Shown one piece after another: positions 1 through 9,592 of a stretch of 64,000 bases of DNA. The notes under the pieces are model-generated. The model was not told where the DNA came from. It saw nothing but the letters and a program-made list of their open reading frames with translations, and searched no databases. Both the position numbers and the translations under genes were made by a program. Within the stretch, counting starts at the first letter, position 1. Each line of letters opens with the position of its first letter. Location: NCBI GenBank assembly GCA_046153645.1, contig JBJXGI010000042.1:1-64000 (forward strand). Direction: 5' to 3'. The DNA is from Elusimicrobiota bacterium (GTDB lineage: Bacteria > Elusimicrobiota > Elusimicrobia > F11).

Positions 1-2
1 CC

Positions 3-281
3 AAGAAAATTTACTTATCCAGCGCTGATTGGATGCCAAGAAATTTTTATGCCAGGCATGAAATTGCCTTTCCCATAAAAGATCCTATTTTAAAAAAATA
101 TATTAGAGAAGTTATCTTAGCAACAAGTTTAGCTGAGAATATTAAAGGATGGAATCTCCAACCAGATGGAACCTATCGGAGAGTTTCCCCCGCCTATTCC
201 AACAAACAGGTAAGATCTCAATTTTTATTTGAACAACTAGCTAAAAAACGTTACGAAAACACATTGTTAGCACAAAGGTAA
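3..281 (+). CDS. ppk1: polyphosphate kinase 1, C-terminal part (truncated by window edge)
   Basis: Frame is open from the window start and reads KKIYLSSADWMPRNFYARHEIAFPI, the conserved PPK1 C-terminal motif. Confidence 0.9.
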   Translation, partial: KKIYLSSADWMPRNFYARHEIAFPIKDPILKKYIREVILATSLAENIKGWNLQPDGTYRRVSPAYSNKQVRSQFLFEQLAKKRYENTLLAQR

Positions 282-286
282 AAATC

Positions 287-736
287 ATGCCAACTTTTCT
301 AAGAGCTGAGCTCATTTCAGCATTACAAACCGCCATTGGCCCCGTTATTCTTATTTCAGGCATTGGTCTTTTATTATTAACCATGACCAACCGTTTGGGC
401 CGGGCTATTGACCGCGCCCGCCTGATCGCCACAAACAACGCCAAGAATAACAATGACAACCAAGAGCAAATTAAAATCATTTACTTAAGGGCTCGCATTT
501 TACGACAAGCCATCTTACTGGCATCTACCAGTGCTTTGTGCGCGGCTTTATTGGTTATTTTTATTTTTGTTTCCGTTCTAATGAAAATAGAACTGGGCTG
601 GCTTCTTGGTGGAATTTTTATTTTAGGAATGACATCATTAATCGGCGCACTTTTACTTTTTATCAGAGACGTAAATCAAGCGCTTCACGCACTTAAACTA
701 GAACTATTTTCTGATAATTCCCCCCTCCCAAAGTAA
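287..736 (+). CDS. DUF2721-family membrane protein
   Basis: LQTAIGPVILISGIGLLLLTMTNRLGRAIDRAR N-terminal motif; three hydrophobic helices. Confidence 0.8.
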   Translation: MPTFLRAELISALQTAIGPVILISGIGLLLLTMTNRLGRAIDRARLIATNNAKNNNDNQEQIKIIYLRARILRQAILLASTSALCAALLVIFIFVSVLMKIELGWLLGGIFILGMTSLIGALLLFIRDVNQALHALKLELFSDNSPLPK

Positions 737-842
737 AGTTAGAAATTCCTCTCTAACCTTTTAAGTAAGAAAAAAACAATTATCAAAAGCAACTATTAGT
801 AAGTGCCAGCATAGTTGGTAATATTTTACTTATATTGCCAAC

Positions 843-1628
843 TCAAATATGTGGCAAAAAGATAGATGTTGTTCGGTGGTACTTATCTAGTTTCTCAATT
901 TTTAAATCAAACTTCTCACAAAGTTTTGCGTCAAAATCCAACAAATCGGGAATATGCTTAAGTTTGGCTCCAAGTGACCGCCCTGCTGCTTTAATTTCAT
1001 TTTCATATTCCCAAAAAACCGATAAAGGGTGCATTCCCCTCTTATTATTAATATGGAAAGCAAAAATTCGATCAATAGATGGTTCTAAAAACGCGTTTCC
1101 TAATTCAACACTGAACTTATCTTTTTGGTAAAAACAAAGAAGTGGACCCGTGGAAATCTGAGATAAAACTGTCGTTCCCAAATGAGCCTTCATGGCATTT
1201 AACATGGGGAGATCCACATCACTTGCCAAAATGCGTTGAACCGTTTTTTTAGAAAAATGAACAATATCATGATGACTCTCTTCTAAAATAACTTTTTTTA
1301 ATTTATCAGAAGAAAACTCAGATCGATATAAAAGACCATCGGCCATAAAACCAGGGCCCTTATATTGCAAAACAACATAAGAAGCATTTCTTTTATAACG
1401 CAAACGAAGGCTGGCACCTAAGCGAAACAAATCCATCTTGGGTGTATCTAAAAATTGATCAAAAAAGAAGTTTGTTTTTACATGCTTTACTTTCTTCTTA
1501 CTCAAAAGGAAATCTTTTATTTCTTTCGCCTGGGAAGGAAGAATTCTTTTTTTAGCCTCGATTTCGACGAACCTAAAATCTTTAATTTTTAATCGACGAC
1601 AAATACTCGCCTGAAGCGCTGTCATCAT
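843..1628 (-). CDS. CYTH-domain (triphosphate tunnel metalloenzyme) protein
   Basis: N-terminal EIEAK (ExExK), DQFLDTP..DL....ASLRLR, YKGP, EYENE and C-terminal KY motifs. Confidence 0.75.
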   Translation of the reverse strand: MMTALQASICRRLKIKDFRFVEIEAKKRILPSQAKEIKDFLLSKKKVKHVKTNFFFDQFLDTPKMDLFRLGASLRLRYKRNASYVVLQYKGPGFMADGLLYRSEFSSDKLKKVILEESHHDIVHFSKKTVQRILASDVDLPMLNAMKAHLGTTVLSQISTGPLLCFYQKDKFSVELGNAFLEPSIDRIFAFHINNKRGMHPLSVFWEYENEIKAAGRSLGAKLKHIPDLLDFDAKLCEKFDLKIEKLDKYHRTTSIFLPHI

Positions 1629-1630
1629 AA

Positions 1631-2527
1631 TTAATGTCTCCCTGGAATATCTTCGGCATCTTCCGGATCCGCGTGAGCGGTTACAATAGCCTCCGGATAG
1701 GTTTGTTGAATTTTCTTAACCACTGTTTCTGTGATGTTATGCGCTTCACTAAAAAATTGCTCTTCTTTAATAACAACATGGAACTCAATAAATTTTGCTT
1801 CACCCACACGCCGAGTCCTCAAATCATGGTAATCCAAAACTTTTGGATGAGAAGAGCGAATAATATGATCTAACTCTTTGAGCACGGAGTCTGGCAACTG
1901 TTCATCTAATAATTCAGAAAGAGCGTTTTGAAAAATACCCGTAACACCTCTCAAAATGTATATCACAATTAATAATGTTACAACGGGGTCCCAATATGGA
2001 GAACCAGTGAACTTGTATAAAATTAGAGCCACCATCACGCCCAAATACGCAAGAATATCTGAAGCATAATGAAGGTATTCGCTCGCCATTAATTGTGAAT
2101 TACTTTGCTCGACAGATTTTTTTAAGTTTCGAATATGCCAAAGGCTTAATATCAACCCAATAAAAGAAATCAATACACCTAAAAAAGGTTTGGAAATGAA
2201 CTCAGGATAAATAAGCCTTTTAACAGCCATGACAGCGAGCCCTAAAGCCATGGCAGCGATAATTACTCCCTGAAAAAGACCCGCCAGGCTTTCAATTTTC
2301 CCATGACCATATGGATGGTTATGATCCGCAGGTTTTGATGCCGACTTTAAAAACAGGAAATTAACCAATGACACCAAAAAATCCATCAATGAATCGACGG
2401 CACTCGCCAAGATAGAAGTGGCATTGGTGAAAAAGAAAACAACCAATTTAAAACCCAATAAACCAATAGCGATCAAAAGTGATCTAACAAGCAGCTTTCT
2501 TTTAGTTTTGATTGACGAACTCATCAT
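1631..2527 (-). CDS. cation diffusion facilitator family transporter (FieF-like)
   Basis: ASAVDSLMD, PADHNHPYGHGKIESL, HYASD motifs and C-terminal dimerisation domain. Confidence 0.92.
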   Translation of the reverse strand: MMSSSIKTKRKLLVRSLLIAIGLLGFKLVVFFFTNATSILASAVDSLMDFLVSLVNFLFLKSASKPADHNHPYGHGKIESLAGLFQGVIIAAMALGLAVMAVKRLIYPEFISKPFLGVLISFIGLILSLWHIRNLKKSVEQSNSQLMASEYLHYASDILAYLGVMVALILYKFTGSPYWDPVVTLLIVIYILRGVTGIFQNALSELLDEQLPDSVLKELDHIIRSSHPKVLDYHDLRTRRVGEAKFIEFHVVIKEEQFFSEAHNITETVVKKIQQTYPEAIVTAHADPEDAEDIPGRH

Positions 2528-2562
2528 TCCATCTTATTAAATTTTTCAGTTATCTTTGATTA

Positions 2563-3663
2563 ATGGCGCCTCATTACATAGAATCAGCTCCTATGGATTC
2601 AAATAAAACAACCTGGAACCGTGAATGGATTGCGCGGATATTCTTTTTCTCAACTTTCCTATTTCTTCTCTATCAAGTATTTCTCTTAGCTAAACCTTTT
2701 ATTCCCTCTGTTCTCATTGCAAGTCTTTTGGTCACTATGTTTTATCCGCTTTATATGAAAATAAAAAAATGGGTCCCCAATAAAAACATGGCTTCCTTGC
2801 TGACAACACTCTGCGTTATTTTAGCGGCACTTCTTCCTCTGGCTGGATTCATTTATATTCTCATACGAGAATCTTCCAAAATTATGCCTCTGGTACAAAA
2901 CATGATAAACATTATTAATTCGGGAGACACCTCTGCCTTTCAAGAAAGAATGCCCGCTTTTCTTTCCAATAAATTTATTTTTCTTTCTGAAAAATTAAGT
3001 CAAATTAACATCAACCTTACTGATTTGGCATTAGATAACGCGCGAGAATTGGTCATGAAAATTAGTGCCATCGGTGGGTTTATCGCCAAGAATATTTTTT
3101 TCACAATTATTAAATTTCTTATCGTCATTATTTGTTTGTTTTTCATGTTTCGAGATGGAGAGAATTTGTTTCGTTGGATTCTAAACCTCATCCCAATGGA
3201 GAACAATCATAAAAATGCTTTGGCCAAAACAGCGCTTGAAACTTTTTGGGCCGTGAACACGGGCGTCTTTGTCACAGCAGCCGCGCAAGGTTTTGTAGCC
3301 ATGATTGGCTTTCTTATAGCCGGAACAAAAATCCCTGTATTATTAGGTTTGATAACAGGATTTATTTCACTATTGGGCGCATCGTTTCTTATCACTTTTC
3401 CAGCCGCCTTTTTCATGTGGATGACAAGCCCCGGATGGGGACTATTCCTTCTTTTATGGGGAGCGATCCCTGTTGGTTGGCTTGATAATTTTCTAAAACC
3501 AGTTCTTATTGGTTCAAGAACCCGAATGCCTTTTATCCTTGTCTTTTTCAGTATTTTAGGCGGAATTAAAATGTATGGCTTTGTGGGCCTTATTTTGGGC
3601 CCTATGCTGGTTGCCTGCGTTTTAACTTTCATCAAGATATATAAAGAGGCTTACTCTTCATGA
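2563..3663 (+). CDS. AI-2E family transporter
   Basis: Multi-TM; FFMFRDG, DNFLKPVLIG, SILGG..G..GLILGP motifs. Start could be 2593. Confidence 0.88.
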   Translation: MAPHYIESAPMDSNKTTWNREWIARIFFFSTFLFLLYQVFLLAKPFIPSVLIASLLVTMFYPLYMKIKKWVPNKNMASLLTTLCVILAALLPLAGFIYILIRESSKIMPLVQNMINIINSGDTSAFQERMPAFLSNKFIFLSEKLSQININLTDLALDNARELVMKISAIGGFIAKNIFFTIIKFLIVIICLFFMFRDGENLFRWILNLIPMENNHKNALAKTALETFWAVNTGVFVTAAAQGFVAMIGFLIAGTKIPVLLGLITGFISLLGASFLITFPAAFFMWMTSPGWGLFLLLWGAIPVGWLDNFLKPVLIGSRTRMPFILVFFSILGGIKMYGFVGLILGPMLVACVLTFIKIYKEAYSS

Positions 3664-4574
3664 GTCCATTTATCATCTGGGGAGGGTTTATTACCCTTAT
3701 CCTTGCTTTGCTAGCTTTAGACCTATTTGTATTTCACAAAAATGAACATGAGGTTAAATTCAAAGAAGCCATGCTTTTATCTGGTTTCTGGATTGGAATT
3801 GCGCTCATATTTAACATGGTTATTTATCTCTGGGAAGGCCCGGTGAAGGGAATGGAATTTCTAGCGGGGTATCTTATTGAAAAATCTCTTAGTGTTGATA
3901 ATCTCTTTGTCTTTATTGTGATATTTAATTATTTCAAAGTAGAACCCCTCCATCAACATCGAATTCTTTTTTGGGGAATTTTAGGGGCCCTGATTATGCG
4001 TGTTTTATTCATTTTTACGGGTGTTGCTCTTATTAATCGATTTGACTGGATAATATATCTTTTTGGTGGTTTTCTTATTTTTACCGCAATTAAATTGGTT
4101 ACCGGTGGAGATAAAAAATATCAACCATCAAAAAACCCTGTTTTACGAATATTCAAAGCCATTATGCCAGTTACAGAACATAAAGAAGGGGCTCAATTTT
4201 TCGTTAAACACAACCAAAAGTGGATGGCAACTCCTCTGTTTATTGTTTTGTTGGTCATTGAAACCACAGATGTGATATTTGCCATGGACTCTATTCCGGC
4301 TATTTTGGCTATTTCAAGAGATCCTTTTATTGTATTCACCTCAAACGTTTTCGCTATCCTTGGATTACGCGCGCTTTACTTTGCTTTGTCAGGCGTCATG
4401 CAAATGTTTGAATATCTCAAATATGGACTGTCGCTCATTTTGGCTTTTGTCGGAATAAAAATGATCATTTCTCACCATGTCCATATTCCCATTGTCACAT
4501 CCTTGGGAGTTATTGCTGGGATATTAGCAGCCTCTATTATTGCTTCTTATCTTTTTCCGCCAAAAAAAGCGTAA
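3660..4574 (+). CDS. TerC/Alx family membrane protein
   Basis: GYLIEKSLSVDNLFVF, ETTDVIFAMDSIPA, FTSNVFAILGLRALYF; ATGA overlap with upstream gene. Confidence 0.93.
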   Translation: MSPFIIWGGFITLILALLALDLFVFHKNEHEVKFKEAMLLSGFWIGIALIFNMVIYLWEGPVKGMEFLAGYLIEKSLSVDNLFVFIVIFNYFKVEPLHQHRILFWGILGALIMRVLFIFTGVALINRFDWIIYLFGGFLIFTAIKLVTGGDKKYQPSKNPVLRIFKAIMPVTEHKEGAQFFVKHNQKWMATPLFIVLLVIETTDVIFAMDSIPAILAISRDPFIVFTSNVFAILGLRALYFALSGVMQMFEYLKYGLSLILAFVGIKMIISHHVHIPIVTSLGVIAGILAASIIASYLFPPKKA

Positions 4575-4643
4575 AATTTATCGAACTTTTAACGATGAAA
4601 AACGTTAAAGACAACAACAAAAAATAAATTAAGAGGAAAAAAT

Positions 4644-5513
4644 ATGAACAGACTTAAATCAATGATGCTCTTAGCCAGTTTAACTGCCCTTTTACTTTTT
4701 ATTGGCCAAATGTGGGGCGGAAAAAACGGGGTTATTATGGCCCTTATATTTGCAGGGGTCATGAACTTTGTCTCATATTGGTTCTCGGATAAAATTGTTT
4801 TAAGAATGTATAACGCCAAAGAAATATCTGAGCAAGATGCACCAGAATTGTTTTCAATTGTTAGAAATCTTTCTGCCAAAATGAATATTCCTATGCCCAA
4901 GGTATATATCACTCCTCAAGAAGCTCCGAATGCATTTGCAACAGGCAGAAATCCTCACCATGCTGCAGTAGCGGTAACTTCGGGAATTTTGAGATTACTC
5001 AATAGAGATGAATTAGAAGGAGTTTTGGCACATGAACTAGGTCATGTCATCAACCGTGATACACTTATTTCAACCATGGCTGCCACCATTGCCGGGGCCC
5101 TTAGTCATTTAGCCAGTATGGCTATGTGGGGCTCCATGTTTGGCGGAAGACGCTCGGATGATGAACGGGGCGGAAATCCACTCATCGCCATTATTGGAAT
5201 GGTTTTAGCTCCTATGGCAGCTGCACTTATTCAAATGGCTATTTCTAGATCTCGCGAACTTATGGCAGATGAAACCGGAGCTCGTATTTGTGGAAAGCCG
5301 TTAGCTCTGGCTGAAGCTTTAAAGAAACTCGAAAGCTGGAAAACACAAATTCCAATGACAGCAGGCTCACCAGCGACAGCTCATATGTTTATTGTGAACC
5401 CTTTTTCTGGAGAAAGATTAGCTGGTCTTTTTAGTACTCACCCTTCCACCGCAGAGAGAGTCAAACGATTGGAAGCCATGGCTTATCAAGGAATGGGATT
5501 AAAATTCGAATAA
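4644..5513 (+). CDS. htpX: zinc metalloprotease HtpX
   Basis: PNAFATGRNP, HELGH, SRSRE..AD, FSTHP motifs; AGAGG RBS. Confidence 0.95.
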   Translation: MNRLKSMMLLASLTALLLFIGQMWGGKNGVIMALIFAGVMNFVSYWFSDKIVLRMYNAKEISEQDAPELFSIVRNLSAKMNIPMPKVYITPQEAPNAFATGRNPHHAAVAVTSGILRLLNRDELEGVLAHELGHVINRDTLISTMAATIAGALSHLASMAMWGSMFGGRRSDDERGGNPLIAIIGMVLAPMAAALIQMAISRSRELMADETGARICGKPLALAEALKKLESWKTQIPMTAGSPATAHMFIVNPFSGERLAGLFSTHPSTAERVKRLEAMAYQGMGLKFE

Positions 5514-5516
5514 CAA

Positions 5517-6653
5517 TTAAGAATGTAATGCCGCACGCGCTTTAAGAACCAGCTCTTTTGCTTGGGTTACCGTGTCTGCTAACGCTGTTAAATGCCCCAT
5601 TTTTCGCCCTTTTTGAGGATTCGATTTTCCATACAAATGAAGTTTTACATTAGGAATTTTTAACGCTTGGTCCCATTTCGGGTTGCCTTTAAGCCACAAA
5701 TCTCCAAGTAAATTCGCCATAGCCGCTGGTTTTTTTATTTCAGTTTTACCCAAGGGCAAACCACAAATCGCTCGCACCTGTTGTTCAAATTGGCTGGTGG
5801 AACAAGCCTCAATAGTTAAATGCCCTGAATTATGAGGACGAGGAGCCAATTCGTTAACCAAAATTTTCCCTTCTTTTGTTAGAAACATCTCCACACATAA
5901 AACACCGACAACATCGAGCGCTGAAAATATACCACGAGCTATTTCACGGGCTTCTTTAACCACAGATTCACTTAAAGAAGCCGGCCAAGTTGTGCTATCT
6001 AAAATATGATTTGTATGTTCATTTTCAAAAACACCAAAATCAACATATTCACCATTTAAACTCCTAGCACCTACAACAGAAAGTTCACGGTCAAAAGAAA
6101 CCCATGCTTCTAAAATAGATTCTTTTTCTTGAAGATTCGTAAAAGCATTTTTTAACTCTTCAAAATTATGAACTTTTATTTGACCCTTACCATCGTAACC
6201 AAAATCAGCCGTTTTAATAACTGCTGGAAATTTCACTTTTTCTGCGGCAGACTCTAAATCATTTCTATTTTGAATAGAGGCAAAAACCGTGACAGGGAAA
6301 TGATGCATTTCGAGAAATCTTTTTTCTCGCAATCTTTGCTGCGTGGTATGCAATACATGCGCGCCCGGTCTTAAAGGGCAATAAGCAGCGGCTGCTTCAG
6401 CTGTTGCCGAAGGGACATTCTCAAATTCAAAACCAATCACTTGGACTGCGCTTGAAAAATTTTTAACCGCGTCTAAATTTTCATAGGGATAAATCCACTC
6501 AACATCGGATACTTGCCCCATAGGAGAATTTTTTTCTGGTGAGAAGGTATGAATATGGTAACCCATTTGGCGAGCGGCCATAGCAAACATACGTCCCAAT
6601 TGCCCCGAACCCAAAATGCCCAATTGAGAACCGGGATAAATAATTTGATTCAT
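5517..6653 (-). CDS. purK: N5-carboxyaminoimidazole ribonucleotide synthase
   Basis: [36 protein letters not shown]. Confidence 0.97.
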   Translation of the reverse strand: MNQIIYPGSQLGILGSGQLGRMFAMAARQMGYHIHTFSPEKNSPMGQVSDVEWIYPYENLDAVKNFSSAVQVIGFEFENVPSATAEAAAAYCPLRPGAHVLHTTQQRLREKRFLEMHHFPVTVFASIQNRNDLESAAEKVKFPAVIKTADFGYDGKGQIKVHNFEELKNAFTNLQEKESILEAWVSFDRELSVVGARSLNGEYVDFGVFENEHTNHILDSTTWPASLSESVVKEAREIARGIFSALDVVGVLCVEMFLTKEGKILVNELAPRPHNSGHLTIEACSTSQFEQQVRAICGLPLGKTEIKKPAAMANLLGDLWLKGNPKWDQALKIPNVKLHLYGKSNPQKGRKMGHLTALADTVTQAKELVLKARAALHS

Positions 6654-7138
6654 GGAAGTTTTGCGCGTCTTACTTTTTGCGTTTGTTCTCGACGAAACTT
6701 AATAAGGCGAGATCGAATAGAGGAATTTTGAGTCGCAAGAATACACACCGCGAAATGTCCCGCATTGGCAGCACCAGCTTCACCGATAGCCAAAGTACCA
6801 ACAGGAATACCCGCTGGCATTTGAACAATAGATAAAAGTGAATCCAATCCTTTAAGAGCCTTTGATTGGACTGGAACACCCAACACTGGCAACGTCGTAT
6901 AAGAGGCCGTCATTCCAGGTAAGTGGGCCGCCCCACCAGCTCCCGCAATAATAATTTTAATTCCTTTTTTCTCAGCTGACGTGGAAAATTTTGCTAACCA
7001 TTCGGGGGTTCGATGCGCAGAAACCACCGCTTTTTCATAGGGAATTTTAAACTCGTCTAACACAAGACACGAGTGCTTCATGGTTTCCCAATCCGAGGTA
7101 CTGCCCATAATAACAGCGACAAGAGGTTTTGTTTTCAT
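6650..7138 (-). CDS. purE: N5-carboxyaminoimidazole ribonucleotide mutase
   Basis: [35 protein letters not shown]. Confidence 0.97.
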   Translation of the reverse strand: MKTKPLVAVIMGSTSDWETMKHSCLVLDEFKIPYEKAVVSAHRTPEWLAKFSTSAEKKGIKIIIAGAGGAAHLPGMTASYTTLPVLGVPVQSKALKGLDSLLSIVQMPAGIPVGTLAIGEAGAANAGHFAVCILATQNSSIRSRLIKFRREQTQKVRRAKLP

Positions 7139-7152
7139 ACGATAGGTATATT

Positions 7153-7707
7153 TTATTTTAGCGCTTGAGTCAAAATTGTTTTTTCGCGATCGGAATAATT
7201 TAATTTAAGAGCGCATTGTTTTCCGGCATCTGACATTTTTCCCCATGTTTTCCTGACAATCTCTAACATTTTATCTATCGGGGTTTTGGCCATGAGATCT
7301 AAAAACTGATGTTCCAAAAACATGAGACAAAGACCATCTTCTATGGTTTGAACATCTAAGTCTTCTTTGAAGTTCTTCTTCAAGATAATGGTTCTTACGC
7401 GCTCTTGTTCCTCAGTTGAATAACCTTCTTCGGACATAATGCCTGTTATGATAGAACCATGCATTTTCTTTAAATCTTCTCTCCATCTTAAATATCCTCC
7501 TCGATCCATGGGATAATTTTGACGAGGGCTTTTCCAACGCTCCACATGTTGACCCCGCGCAACAATAAGAAGCAATTCAGAAGCATTAGGATTTAAGGTT
7601 TTAACCCACTGACTCAGTCCTTCAGAATAAGATAATTCTTTTTTAAAAGGGTCCTGGGCATTTAGGTAATCAATTTTTTTTAAGACATTTTCAAATCGAG
7701 AGGTCAT
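7153..7707 (-). CDS. DUF4202 family (HD-like) protein
   Basis: [47 protein letters not shown]. Confidence 0.82.
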   Translation of the reverse strand: MTSRFENVLKKIDYLNAQDPFKKELSYSEGLSQWVKTLNPNASELLLIVARGQHVERWKSPRQNYPMDRGGYLRWREDLKKMHGSIITGIMSEEGYSTEEQERVRTIILKKNFKEDLDVQTIEDGLCLMFLEHQFLDLMAKTPIDKMLEIVRKTWGKMSDAGKQCALKLNYSDREKTILTQALK

Positions 7708-7713
7708 TATTGA

Positions 7714-7941
7714 TTAGCGTCCTTGGTTGGATCCGAAATCCATTTTTACATTCTCTATTTCTTGATTCAATTCCATAACTTGTTGAGATAATACACGTAT
7801 ATTCTTTTCAAGCTCATTAAGGCGTATTTCTTTTTTATCTAAAAAAACTTGTAACCGTTCAAATGGTTCAAGCAAGTGTGGGTGAGCCTTAATAATTTCC
7901 CTCCATTCATCCATTACTTTTTTAATTTCATTTTCACTCAT
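7714..7941 (-). CDS. small coiled-coil hypothetical protein
   Basis: ATG at 7941 preceded by AAAGGA right after the prfC stop; heptad-like C-terminal half. Confidence 0.65.
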   Translation of the reverse strand: MSENEIKKVMDEWREIIKAHPHLLEPFERLQVFLDKKEIRLNELEKNIRVLSQQVMELNQEIENVKMDFGSNQGR

Positions 7942-7951
7942 ATTTATTCCT

Positions 7952-9550
7952 TTAATTGCGTGAACCAAATTCCATAGGAGACAAATCGTTTAGAATGATT
8001 TCGGGTCGTGATTCTTTAAAATAATTAATCGCCCATTCACTCTCAAATAATACCACTGTTCGACCCAACATATCTTCAGCCAATTGCGAACCTGGGGGCA
8101 AACGCAAATCGTCTATTAACTTCAAATCCACCTTAGGATCAATCCATTTCAGACGTTGCCATGAGGTCGCTTCCAACCTTGAATCGGCGCCATATTCGCT
8201 TTCCAAACGATACTGCACCACCTCAAATTGAAGCGGACCAACAGCCGCCAATAATGGAACCTGCTTGGGAGAGTTCTTAATATAAAATGCCTGCACTACA
8301 CCCTCATTTAATAATTGATCTAGTCCTTTTCGGAAAGGTTTAAATTTTGCCGGTGATGGATTATGAATAAAAGAAAAACATTCTGGTGGAAAACGTGGTA
8401 TTTCATTATAAACCACTTCCGGATTTTCTGTCACTGTATCACCAATTTGAAATTCGTCATGACCGACCAGACCGATAATATCTCCTGCAAAAGCTTCATT
8501 TAAAATTTCTCGTTCTTGACCAAAGAGCTTATGTGAATTTGAAAGTTTAACGTTCTTTTTTGTGCGAGAGTGAAAAACACTCATGTCTCTTGAAAATCGC
8601 CCTGAGCAAACACGCATAAATGCAATTCTATCTCGATGTTTGGGATCCATATTGCCTTGAATTTTGAATACAAAAGCAGAGAAAGGTGATTCAACAGAAA
8701 TGAGTTCTTCACCTGATTTACGTGGCATGGGACTTGGTCCATATTTTAAAAACCCATCCAATAAAAGCTGAACGCCAAAATTATTTGCAGCGCTACCAAA
8801 AAAAACTGGGGTAACATAACCCTTCGATACCGCTTCTTGAGAAAATGTGGCCCCTGCCCCATCAAGCATCTCAATTTCTTCCACAGCATTAGCATATGAA
8901 TCAATATCTAAAGTTTCCTTAACAGTGGAATCTGATAGATCGTGAACAGCCACTGGTGCTTTGTACATTCCTCCCGTGGTCCTCTCAAAAAAATGAACTT
9001 CTTTTGACTGACGATCAAAAACTCCTTTAAACTGAAAGCCATTTCCAAGCGGCCAGTTCATCGGATAGGCATGAATATTCAAAACACTTTCTAGTTCATC
9101 TAACAATGCCAATGGTTCTTTAGAAGGACGATCGCATTTATTCATAAATGTAAAAATAGGAATTTCTCTACGCCGACACACTTCAAAGAGTTTTCGAGTT
9201 TGAGTTTCAATTCCTTTAGCGGCATCAATAACCATAACCACAGAATCGACAGCTGTTAATACTCGGTAAGTGTCTTCGGAAAAATCTTTATGACCAGGGG
9301 TATCAAGTAAATTAACGTGGTAACCCGAATAGTCAAATTGGAGAACCGTCGAACTAACGGAAATACCGCGCTTGCGCTCCAATTCCATCCAATCAGAAGT
9401 AGACTCTCTTTGATTTTTACGCGCAGTAACAGAACCTGCCAGTTGCACAGCACCTCCGTAGAGAAGAAATTTCTCGGTGAGCGTTGTTTTACCAGCATCG
9501 GGATGGGAAATAATGGCAAACGTACGACGGTTTAGTATGTCTTTTTTCAT
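7952..9550 (-). CDS. prfC: peptide chain release factor 3
   Basis: RRTFAIISHPDAGKTTLTEK, DTPGHKDFSEDTYR, MDPKHRDRIAF. Confidence 0.97.
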   Translation of the reverse strand: MKKDILNRRTFAIISHPDAGKTTLTEKFLLYGGAVQLAGSVTARKNQRESTSDWMELERKRGISVSSTVLQFDYSGYHVNLLDTPGHKDFSEDTYRVLTAVDSVVMVIDAAKGIETQTRKLFEVCRRREIPIFTFMNKCDRPSKEPLALLDELESVLNIHAYPMNWPLGNGFQFKGVFDRQSKEVHFFERTTGGMYKAPVAVHDLSDSTVKETLDIDSYANAVEEIEMLDGAGATFSQEAVSKGYVTPVFFGSAANNFGVQLLLDGFLKYGPSPMPRKSGEELISVESPFSAFVFKIQGNMDPKHRDRIAFMRVCSGRFSRDMSVFHSRTKKNVKLSNSHKLFGQEREILNEAFAGDIIGLVGHDEFQIGDTVTENPEVVYNEIPRFPPECFSFIHNPSPAKFKPFRKGLDQLLNEGVVQAFYIKNSPKQVPLLAAVGPLQFEVVQYRLESEYGADSRLEATSWQRLKWIDPKVDLKLIDDLRLPPGSQLAEDMLGRTVVLFESEWAINYFKESRPEIILNDLSPMEFGSRN

Positions 9551-9592
9551 AAATGATTCTCAAATCAACTGAGGACCAGCTGATTTTACGAT

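Noticed and set aside
7714..7975. Similar C-termini of PrfC (MEFGSRN) and the next small protein (MDFGSNQGR)
   Set aside because: Five-residue similarity with different codons; probably coincidence
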